DNA from: an uncultured Methanosarcinales archaeon
Lineage (GTDB): Archaea; Nanobdellota; Nanobdellia; Woesearchaeales; CAYNLP01
Length of the DNA: 32,134 nt
Assembly: GCA_964459935.1 (NCBI GenBank)
Contig: CAYWOP010000001.1
Location: 1-32,134, forward strand
Direction: 5' to 3'
The notes under the pieces were generated by a model, which had not been told where the DNA came from, did no database searches, and worked only from the letters and a program-made list of their open reading frames with translations. This document shows, piece by piece, positions 17,641 to 24,273 of the stretch. Positions within the stretch are counted from its first letter, which is position 1. Every line of letters begins with the position of its first letter. The translations under genes were made by a program, and so were the position numbers.

Positions 17641-18563
17641 TGCGGGGTTCGAGCATGCTCTGGATGACCGTAGCCCTGGGAATAGCGACAGTCGCACTGC
17701 TGTTGCTCTCTTCAATCGGCTTAGGAGCGAGCGTCGGGCCAAACTATCGCAACGTCAGTTCTGACACCACTGTGAATATCACGAATTCCGCACCGGAGAT
17801 CGTCAACATAACTGTCGATCCGCAGTCCATCACGCTCAACGCCGGTTCGTCGACGCGCGTCTACGTGAACACGACGATACGGGACTTCGACGGGCAGAAC
17901 GATATCGACACCGTACAGGGGACGTTCTTCGATCAATCGGTCTCGGTCAGTAACGATAGCGACGATAACAACTTTCACTACTCGGATAACGACTGCAATA
18001 AGACGAACGGCGATGGAGACGTCGCGAACTATTCCTGCGCGTTCGATCTCGAATATTATGCGAACAACGGTACATGGGAGGGGAACGTGACGGTCAACGA
18101 TACACAGAACTTCAACGACTCGGAGAACGAGACCGGAGATGTACAGGAACTACGGGCACTGAACGTGACACAACTCCTCGACTATGGTAATCTACAAGTG
18201 GGTGAGGCCAATACGAATCCCGTCACTGCGAACGTTACGAACTTCGGGAACGTAGATATCAACACCTCTGTTTATGGCTACGGCAACGAGACGAACGACG
18301 GACTAGCGATGGTGTGCGACGAGCGGAACATCACCATCGGTTACGAACGGTTCTCGGAGAACTCGTCTAAGACATGGGCGGACATGAACAACCTCACAAC
18401 TGATCCCCAGGACATCCCCGGCTTTTCTGTACTGCAGAGGACGAACGACACCGCGATCACCGATTCACGAAACTCGACCTATTGGAAACTGAAGGTTCCT
18501 GTGGACGAGAACCCTGGCGGTCGCTGCAACGGAACGGTCGTGTTCCAAGCTGAGTTCACTTAA
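17640..18563 (+). CDS. Secreted sequon-rich two-domain protein, unrecognised family C (C1)
   Basis: 307 aa. The ATG overlaps the B1 stop (TGATG). Signal peptide LWMTVALGIATVALLLLSSIGLGA. Motifs NITNSAPEIVNITV, RDFDGQNDIDTV, ANYSCAFDLEYYANNGTW, ALNVTQLLDYGNLQVG, NVTNFGNVDINTSVYGYGN, DGLAMVC and C-terminal CNGTVVFQAEFT. About half of positions are identical to 23277-24185 by eye. Confidence 0.9.
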   Translation: MRGSSMLWMTVALGIATVALLLLSSIGLGASVGPNYRNVSSDTTVNITNSAPEIVNITVDPQSITLNAGSSTRVYVNTTIRDFDGQNDIDTVQGTFFDQSVSVSNDSDDNNFHYSDNDCNKTNGDGDVANYSCAFDLEYYANNGTWEGNVTVNDTQNFNDSENETGDVQELRALNVTQLLDYGNLQVGEANTNPVTANVTNFGNVDINTSVYGYGNETNDGLAMVCDERNITIGYERFSENSSKTWADMNNLTTDPQDIPGFSVLQRTNDTAITDSRNSTYWKLKVPVDENPGGRCNGTVVFQAEFT

Positions 18564-18805
18564 CATGTCGTTAATTTTCTAAGTAATAAAAGCTATTAAT
18601 CAGATTGTGTTACTAATTAGATAATTAGATGGTGTCATATTTTAATGACGTTGTATCTAATTAGTTACTTAAAGAATAAAATACCGTTTGTTTTAATATA
18701 TAATAAGAAAAAAGTACGTATAATTATGATATAATATGTAAGAAAATGTGATAAAATAAGAAACATTTATATAGCGGTTGTCGGATAACGAGTATCAGCG
18801 ACGAC
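18564..18805 (+). promoter_or_regulatory. Strongly AT-rich spacer with TAATTAGATA copies, an imperfect palindrome and a TATA box
   Basis: TAATTAGATA at 18614-18623. TAATTAGAT at 18622-18630. Inverted copy ATCTAATTA at 18655-18663. Inner arms GTCAT (18634-18638) / ATGAC (18645-18649). TTTATATA at 18766-18773, ~33 nt before the ATG at 18806. Confidence 0.55.
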
Positions 18806-19300
18806 ATGGAGTACTCGACGACCATCGGCGACGTAACACAGCACGATTCAGAGCACCACGTTTCTCTTCACGTAGAGAAAAGCGCCGCAGCGACGGCACA
18901 GGAAACCGGTATCGGGCGAGAGGATCGATCCGGAGAAACACGCATACCGCTTGCAGTCTTCAGAAGCGATGCCGGACCGCTCCAAGCACTCGTCACATAC
19001 CTGCACGAAGAACAAGGATATGGATTCACCGAGATAGGTGAACTGCTCGACCGCGACCCTCGCACGATCTGGAGCGCATACGACCAGTGCGATGCATCCG
19101 CGGCGGATAGCGGGGAGGAGGACGTTCGGCTCACAGCGCTGGTAAGAGATGAGTTGACGATACTCCAGTCCTTAGTGTTCCATCTCAAAGCGACCAAAAC
19201 CTATCAAGAGATTGCAGATCTGCTCGACAAGCACTACCAGACCGTCTGGACCGTGCATCGACGAGCGGAGGAGAAGCTGGAGGTGGTGGATGATGCGTAG
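18806..19300 (+). CDS. Tandem helix-turn-helix regulator (two sigma-70 region 4 / LuxR-GerE-like HTH units)
   Basis: 164 aa, no signal peptide. Unit 1: LQALVTYLHEEQGYGFTEIGELLDRDPRTIWSAY. Unit 2: LTILQSLVFHLKATKTYQEIADLLDKHYQTVWTVHRRAEEKL. Family assignment is by motif only. Confidence 0.7.
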   Translation: MEYSTTIGDVTQHDSEHHVSLHVEKSAAATAQETGIGREDRSGETRIPLAVFRSDAGPLQALVTYLHEEQGYGFTEIGELLDRDPRTIWSAYDQCDASAADSGEEDVRLTALVRDELTILQSLVFHLKATKTYQEIADLLDKHYQTVWTVHRRAEEKLEVVDDA

Positions 19301-20006
19301 CCGCGTCCTCGTGCTGGTAAGTCTCCTTGCTCTTTCCTTCTGCATCACGGGGGTGGGTGCGGCACCGTCGGGGGCGAGCATCGTCTCCAATACAACGGAG
19401 GAGGCACCGGTCGAAGCCGCGGACAGTCTCAAGACCGCTGGCGGAACATTCACCACGCTCCTCCTGAACGGGACCGGGCAGACCGAGGCGTGGAAGGCCT
19501 ACGTCGGGAACGTGACAGGTAAGCTGACACTGCAGGACGCGAACGAGTACAGTATCTATGACTGGACGCTGAGCACGATATCCGGCGAAGTCTTTGCCAC
19601 GAGGAACGACAGCATCGACTGGGGCAACGTGGAATGCGCAAACCGTACGACGATCGAACAGACAGATACTGATCTCAACGTGAGCTCATCCGAGGAGATA
19701 AGCATCAACCGCACGTTCAACGAGTCGGTACACGAGAGCTTCTTCGTTGGGGGAACGCAGATCCAGCAGTCCACGTGTCCGGCCATCGCCACCTACGTGA
19801 ACGACTCGGCGCAGGAACAGGATACGAACGCGTCCTTCCAGGAACCCTTGCTACAGGATGACAGCGATCTGATCTACACGACACTGCTCGAAGAAGACGC
19901 GCCAAGCTACCATCCCAACAAGACGTTCGACTTCCAGATGATCGTCCCGGAGAACCGCCGGAACAGTGCGAATGAACGGTACTACTTCTACACTGAACTC
20001 ACGTAG
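19290..20006 (+). CDS. Secreted sequon-rich protein, subtype B (B2)
   Basis: I prefer the start MMRSRVLVLVSLLALSFCITGVGA at 19290, with GGAGGTGGTGG immediately upstream. It overlaps the regulator stop by 11 nt. Motifs GGTFTTLLLNGT, WKAYVGNVTGKLTLQD, GEVFATRNDSIDWGNVEC, DFQMIV and C-terminal YYFYTELT. Confidence 0.85.
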   Translation: MMRSRVLVLVSLLALSFCITGVGAAPSGASIVSNTTEEAPVEAADSLKTAGGTFTTLLLNGTGQTEAWKAYVGNVTGKLTLQDANEYSIYDWTLSTISGEVFATRNDSIDWGNVECANRTTIEQTDTDLNVSSSEEISINRTFNESVHESFFVGGTQIQQSTCPAIATYVNDSAQEQDTNASFQEPLLQDDSDLIYTTLLEEDAPSYHPNKTFDFQMIVPENRRNSANERYYFYTELT

Positions 20007-20219
20007 ATATCCCGGTACAGTGAACCAGATAATAGTTTAAGTGGAAAGTTAGATAATTAGATAGTAAAATTAATTAGTTAACATGTAAAAAATACTAATT
20101 AGATAACAAATAATAACTATTAGTTAGGTAATGCGACGAATTAGACTTACAAAAAATTTAAATATGGATTCGGGTGAAGGAAGGTTACGAGACCATCGGT
20201 CATCCTCGAGGAGGAAACC
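20007..20219 (+). promoter_or_regulatory. AT-rich spacer with several TAATTAGATA-like motifs, a TATA box and an SD, upstream of A2
   Basis: TTAGATAATTAGATA at 20049-20063. TAATTAGTTA at 20071-20080. TAATTAGATA at 20096-20105. TATTAGTTA at 20118-20126. AAAATTTAAATAT at ~20153-20166. GAGGAGG at ~20207-20214, 5 nt before the GTG at 20220. Confidence 0.5.
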
Positions 20220-21020
20220 GTGCGCCTGGAATCCTCCTCCTTCGATGGCTCGTCATACCAAGTGACCAGCAGTGAACACAGGATAAGTGACGCGGAGGAG
20301 AAGGATGCTTGGATAACTGCAGCTAGCTGCATCCTTCTCCTCCTACTTCTCTTTTCTACACGCGGTGGGGCCGTTTCCGGTCCTGACAGCATCCAAGAGG
20401 GCGGGAGCGAACGAGCGAACCTGTCCAATGCTGGGGCTACGGTCGACGCCCAAGCTGGCAACGTGACCGCCCTCAACATCGACGCGACAGCGATCACCGA
20501 AGCATGGCAGGGCTACTACGGGAATATCACCGGTTCCATCACTTTAGAGGATGCAAGCGGTGACGTGTTCTATAACTGGAGCTCGTTCAATTCGCTCACG
20601 GGCGAGGTATACGCGTCCCGGAACGAGAGCATCACGTGGGACGGTATCAACTGCACGAACAGTTCCGAAGTGCAGGACGAAAATAGCTACCTGGGCAAGT
20701 CCGGCGCTGAGTCCGACAGCGTGAACCAGACCTTCGATGATACCACGCATCCGAGCTTTCTCGTCGGGACTACACGGATCGAACAGGACACATGCTATAG
20801 CACCAACACGTTCTCCGGGGGGTCGCAGAACAGTGACCGGTTCCACGAAGTCCTGCTCTCTGACAATGCCAGCAAACTGGTGTACACGACCATCATCGAT
20901 GAGGATCAGGTGGGATTCGACAACGGGCAGTACGACTTCCAGATGCTCGTCGGCGAGAACGGCAACGAGACGCAGGAGTCCAGTACCACTACCTACAATT
21001 TCTACATCGAACTCACATGA
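20220..21020 (+). CDS. Secreted sequon-rich protein, subtype A (A2), monocistronic
   Basis: 266 aa from GTG (no in-frame ATG lies before the hydrophobic segment). Unusually long ~30-aa N-region, then ITAASCILLLLLLFSTRGGA. Motifs AQAGNVTALNIDAT, WQGYYGNITGSITLEDASGDVFYNW, GEVYASRNESITW..INC, DFQMLVGENGNET and C-terminal YNFYIELT. The start codon is uncertain. Confidence 0.8.
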   Translation: MRLESSSFDGSSYQVTSSEHRISDAEEKDAWITAASCILLLLLLFSTRGGAVSGPDSIQEGGSERANLSNAGATVDAQAGNVTALNIDATAITEAWQGYYGNITGSITLEDASGDVFYNWSSFNSLTGEVYASRNESITWDGINCTNSSEVQDENSYLGKSGAESDSVNQTFDDTTHPSFLVGTTRIEQDTCYSTNTFSGGSQNSDRFHEVLLSDNASKLVYTTIIDEDQVGFDNGQYDFQMLVGENGNETQESSTTTYNFYIELT

Positions 21021-21199
21021 TTCACTATTTAATGAATAAGTAAAGTCAGTTAATCACTGTAGTTAACTAATCACCAAAACATTTAAATAAGGGTGTGTGT
21101 GGTTGTATATCAACGTAGGAATCCGTATACTGATGACCGAATCGGTATCGGGTCCTGCCAAGTGACTACACAGAACAGTGACGACACAGGAGTGCATAC
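21021..21199 (+). promoter_or_regulatory. AT-rich promoter plus ~110-nt leader carrying a relic of an A1-type leader and first codons
   Basis: ATTTAAATAA at 21081-21090. GTATACTGAT (21125-21134) and TGATGACCGA (21131-21140) also occur in the A1 leader (15986-15995, 16045-16054). 21162-21194 reads VTTQNSDDTG in another frame, against A1 MVTAENSKDTA. SD AGGAGTG at 21188-21194. Confidence 0.5.
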
Positions 21200-21835
21200 G
21201 TGGACGAAGAAACGCTCTTCACAGCGAGTAAGTGGACGATTCTCGAACAACTGCAGGACGATCCCCAGAGTCCGAAACACCTCGCTGAAGAACTCGGCAC
21301 CTCCGTGGCCAACATTAGCCAGCAACTCCGGCTCCTCGAGATGGCGGACCTCGTCGAGAGCGAACGCGTCTCGAACAGGGAGAAGGGACAGCCACGTGTC
21401 CTGTACTCCCTGGCCGGAGACCACTCTTACCTGATCAGCGCGGCGAACGGCTTCGTCGAGAAGCAGTTCCACGAACTCAGCGACCGGAACAAAGCGATCC
21501 TCCGCATCTGGTTATCCGACATGAATCCGGAAGACCGGTACTTACTCGAAAAATCGTTCTGGCTCGTCGAACCGCACATCGATGATATAACAGGACTCTA
21601 TCTCGACACGACGAAGCGTCAGTTAGAGCTGACAGTCGTCACGGTCTCAGACTCGCTGGAAGACGAGCTCGACGATCTTAATATCGAAGACAGGAATGAA
21701 CGCGAAGCGACCATCACGATCACCACCGTGTCCGTCCAGTCCTTCCTGGACGAGGACGACACGGAACGGTACTACGCGATCTACGACACACGAGAGTTGC
21801 GGCAGAAACGACACAGGGAGGGAAACGATGAGTAA
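21200..21835 (+). CDS. ArsR/TrmB-like winged-helix transcriptional regulator with an uncharacterised C-terminal domain
   Basis: 211 aa from GTG. wHTH: KWTILEQLQDDPQSPKHLAEELGTSVANISQQLRLLEMADLVESERV...GQPRVLYSL. The stop overlaps the A3 start (ATGAGTAA). Confidence 0.8.
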   Translation: MDEETLFTASKWTILEQLQDDPQSPKHLAEELGTSVANISQQLRLLEMADLVESERVSNREKGQPRVLYSLAGDHSYLISAANGFVEKQFHELSDRNKAILRIWLSDMNPEDRYLLEKSFWLVEPHIDDITGLYLDTTKRQLELTVVTVSDSLEDELDDLNIEDRNEREATITITTVSVQSFLDEDDTERYYAIYDTRELRQKRHREGNDE

Positions 21836-22547
21836 CAACACCACGGTTTTGACAGTTCTCGCACTGGCAGTAGCACTACTCTCGCTCCAGGCACTCGCTG
21901 TTCCTGGCGGCCCGGACAGCATCAGCGTGGGGTCCAGCGAACGGGCGAACCTGGACAACACGACGAAGTCGACGCAAGCGCAAGCGGGGAACGTGACAGC
22001 ATTGAACATCTCGCAGACCACGATCACCGACGCGTGGCAAGGTTACTACGGGAATATAACGGGTCAGATCACGTTGGAAGATGCCGGCGGTGACGTGTTC
22101 TACAACTGGAGCGGACTGAACACGCTCAGCGGTGAGGTCTACGCGTCTCGCAACACCAGTATAACATGGGGGCAGATCAACTGCACCAACCAGACAGGTA
22201 TCAACGAAGAAGACAGCGTACTCGGGAAGAACGGAGCCGAAGCGGACAGCGTCAACCAGACGTTCAACACGCAGACACACCCGAGCTTCCAGGTCGGCAG
22301 TCGCTCGGTCGGAACGGATTCGTGCTTCAGCACCAACGCGTACTCGGGGAACGGACAGGACACCAGCCTGTGGCACCAGATCCTCCTCTCCGACAATGCA
22401 AGCAAGCGCGTCTACACCACGCTAATCAACGACACCTCGACCGCGTACGACGGGTCAACGAGAGACTTCCAACTGCTCGTCGGCGAGAACGGCAACGAGA
22501 CCAGCCAGGAATCGACGCAGTACAACTTCTACATCGAGTTGAGCTAA
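21828..22547 (+). CDS. Secreted sequon-rich protein, subtype A (A3)
   Basis: I prefer the ATG at 21828 (MSNNTTVLTVLALAVALLSLQALA), with AGGGAGGG upstream. Motifs AQAGNVTALNISQT, WQGYYGNITGQITLEDAGGDVFYNW, GEVYASRNTSITWGQINC, DFQLLVGENGNET and C-terminal YNFYIELS. Confidence 0.88.
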   Translation: MSNNTTVLTVLALAVALLSLQALAVPGGPDSISVGSSERANLDNTTKSTQAQAGNVTALNISQTTITDAWQGYYGNITGQITLEDAGGDVFYNWSGLNTLSGEVYASRNTSITWGQINCTNQTGINEEDSVLGKNGAEADSVNQTFNTQTHPSFQVGSRSVGTDSCFSTNAYSGNGQDTSLWHQILLSDNASKRVYTTLINDTSTAYDGSTRDFQLLVGENGNETSQESTQYNFYIELS

Positions 22548-22548
22548 G

Positions 22549-23274
22549 ATGAATAGAGAGAGTACCTCCAGAGAAGCACCGCTGGCCGTCCTCCTAGCGG
22601 TGCTTCTCTCCTTCTCTGTACTGGTGTACGCGGAGCCGCAAGGAGCCAGTATCAACGACAACAGCACGGACACAGGACCCACGTTCACTGCGGATAACCG
22701 CACGGACGATGGTGGAACGATCAACACGCTGACCCTCGACAGCACCGGGCAGAATCTGGACTGGAAGGCGTATATCGGGAACGTGACGGGCTCGCTCACA
22801 CTCGACGACAGTAACGAGAACACGATCTACGACTGGCAGAACCTCGACAGTGTTTCAGGAGAAGCGTACGTCGCACGAAACAACACGATCGACTGGGGAG
22901 GTGTCAGCTGCGCGAGTTCAAGTACCATCTCCTCGGAACAGAGTGACCTGGGCTTCGACCCTGGTGAAAGCGACAATATCAACTTCACCTTCAACTACTC
23001 GCAACACCCGCAGATGACCGTAGGGTCGAAGGACATCCCGCAGGATAACTGCAGCGCCACGTACATGTACAACGATAATACATCGCAGAGCGCTTCAAGT
23101 AGCAACAACTTTACTACGATACTCCTTGAAGACTCCAATAGCAATCTGGTCTACGGGACCTTCCTCGAAGATAAGAAAACGGGCTTCGACGGCAAGGCGT
23201 ACGATTTCCAAACGATCGTTCCGGATGAGGAAACCACCGCCACACCGTACTACTTTTACCTCGAACTCAGCTGA
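22549..23274 (+). CDS. Secreted sequon-rich protein, subtype B (B3)
   Basis: 241 aa, starting 1 nt after the A3 stop. Signal peptide PLAVLLAVLLSFSVLVYA. Motifs GGTINTLTLDST, WKAYIGNVTGSLTLDD, GEAYVARNNTIDWGGVSC, DFQTIV and C-terminal YYFYLELS. Confidence 0.9.
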   Translation: MNRESTSREAPLAVLLAVLLSFSVLVYAEPQGASINDNSTDTGPTFTADNRTDDGGTINTLTLDSTGQNLDWKAYIGNVTGSLTLDDSNENTIYDWQNLDSVSGEAYVARNNTIDWGGVSCASSSTISSEQSDLGFDPGESDNINFTFNYSQHPQMTVGSKDIPQDNCSATYMYNDNTSQSASSSNNFTTILLEDSNSNLVYGTFLEDKKTGFDGKAYDFQTIVPDEETTATPYYFYLELS

Positions 23275-23276
23275 CG

Positions 23277-24185
23277 ATGCGTGAAGTACTGGTCTCCCTG
23301 ACACTGGCGCTCGCGGGAGCACTCGTATTCCTCTCCGCAGTGGGTCAGGGGGCCACGGGGGACGCGGTGAACTTCCGGAACGTCTCCGTGGATACAACGG
23401 TGAACATCACGAACTCCTTTCCTGAAGTCACGGATATACGACTGAACGATCCGGTCACGCTCGAGGCGGGTACTACAAAACTGGTCGAATGCAATGTTAC
23501 GGTGCGTGACTTCGACGGGCAGAACGATATCGACAACGTCAACGCAACGTTCTTCGACCCGGACAACACATCGCTCAACGCACCCAATGACAACAATAAT
23601 CACTACGAAAACGCGAGCTGCACAAAGACGAGCGGGAGCGGGAACGTCGCGAACTACACGTGCGGCTTCAACGTCGAATACTACGCGAACAACGCGACGT
23701 GGAACTGCACATCCTTCGCAGAAGATACACAGAATGCAACGGGGAACCTCTCTAATAGTACGACCGTGGAATCACTGCTCGCGTTGAACGTGACACAGCT
23801 GATCGACTACGGCGATATACCGGTGGGGAACATCAGCAGCTCGCAGGAAGCGAACGTGACAAACTTCGGCAACGTGAACATCAACGTCAGCGTTCGCGGG
23901 TACGGCAACCAGAGCGGAGACGGCCTCGCCATGGTCTGCGAAGAGGGAAATATCAGCGTGGAGAACGAACGGTTCGACCTGAACAGCTCGGCCGCGTTCA
24001 ACGAGATGACCAAGTTGAACGACACGAAGAAGATCATCTCCAACTTCACCGTCGATCGAAGGGTCAACGATTCCATCATCAACAACACACGAAACGGTAC
24101 GTACTGGAAACTGCGCGTACCATCGAGCAGTAACCCCAGCGGTGTTTGCAATGGAACCGTCGTGTTCCAAGCGGAGTCCCCATAG
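23277..24185 (+). CDS. Secreted sequon-rich two-domain protein, family C (C2)
   Basis: 302 aa, starting 2 nt after the B3 stop. Signal peptide VLVSLTLALAGALVFLSAVGQGA. Motifs NITNSFPEVTDIRL, RDFDGQNDIDNV, ANYTCGFNVEYYANNATW, ALNVTQLIDYGDIPVG, NVTNFGNVNINVSVRGYGN, DGLAMVC and CNGTVVFQAESP. Confidence 0.9.
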   Translation: MREVLVSLTLALAGALVFLSAVGQGATGDAVNFRNVSVDTTVNITNSFPEVTDIRLNDPVTLEAGTTKLVECNVTVRDFDGQNDIDNVNATFFDPDNTSLNAPNDNNNHYENASCTKTSGSGNVANYTCGFNVEYYANNATWNCTSFAEDTQNATGNLSNSTTVESLLALNVTQLIDYGDIPVGNISSSQEANVTNFGNVNINVSVRGYGNQSGDGLAMVCEEGNISVENERFDLNSSAAFNEMTKLNDTKKIISNFTVDRRVNDSIINNTRNGTYWKLRVPSSSNPSGVCNGTVVFQAESP

Positions 24186-24192
24186 GAGGTGA

Positions 24193-24273
24193 ATGATGCA
24201 ACCACACAACGCTGACAAGGAAGCGAGGAACGAGATCGAACGCCTCGCCCGCGAGTGCGTCATGTACAATTAA
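24193..24273 (+). CDS. Candidate 26-aa micro-ORF with a strong Shine-Dalgarno sequence, directly after C2
   Basis: AGGAGGTGA at 24184-24192, then ATGATG. It encodes MMQPHNADKEARNEIERLARECVMYN. Its stop shares a TTAA with the convergent 1111-aa gene stop. No homology is recognisable. Confidence 0.25.
   Translation: MMQPHNADKEARNEIERLARECVMYN

Noticed and set aside
18564-18805. Possible CRISPR array or mobile-element termini in the AT-rich spacers (also 15862-16053, 20007-20219 and 21021-21199)
   Set aside because: The repeats are only ~10 nt and irregularly spaced, and some are inverted. No cas genes, transposase or integrase genes, or target-site duplications are visible. Promoter or operator function fits better.
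19212-19289. Upstream extensions of B2 (start at 19212), A3 (start at 21696) and B1 (TTG at 16882), as listed in the ORF track
   Set aside because: The extensions overlap the preceding regulator gene or the intergenic hairpin and encode R/S/T-rich non-signal sequence. The internal ATGs at 19290, 21828 and 16906 are preceded by SD-like GGAGG/GGGAGG or begin directly with a canonical signal peptide.
21093-21434. 113-aa ORF in the leader upstream of and overlapping the ArsR-like gene
   Set aside because: It is out of frame with a well-supported wHTH gene. Its only meaningful part (VTTQNSDDTG) is better explained as a decayed relic of an A1-type N-terminus, as reported in a finding.
16054-24185. 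A/B/C proteins as type IV pilins/archaellins or TasA-like subunits
   Set aside because: The N-termini are ordinary Sec-type signals (n-region, h-region, A-x-A-like site), not short class III leaders followed by a hydrophobic helix retained in the mature protein. There is no G-T-x-A-x-F-S/N-D TasA/camelysin signature. No prepilin peptidase, assembly ATPase or SipW-type peptidase gene is in the window.
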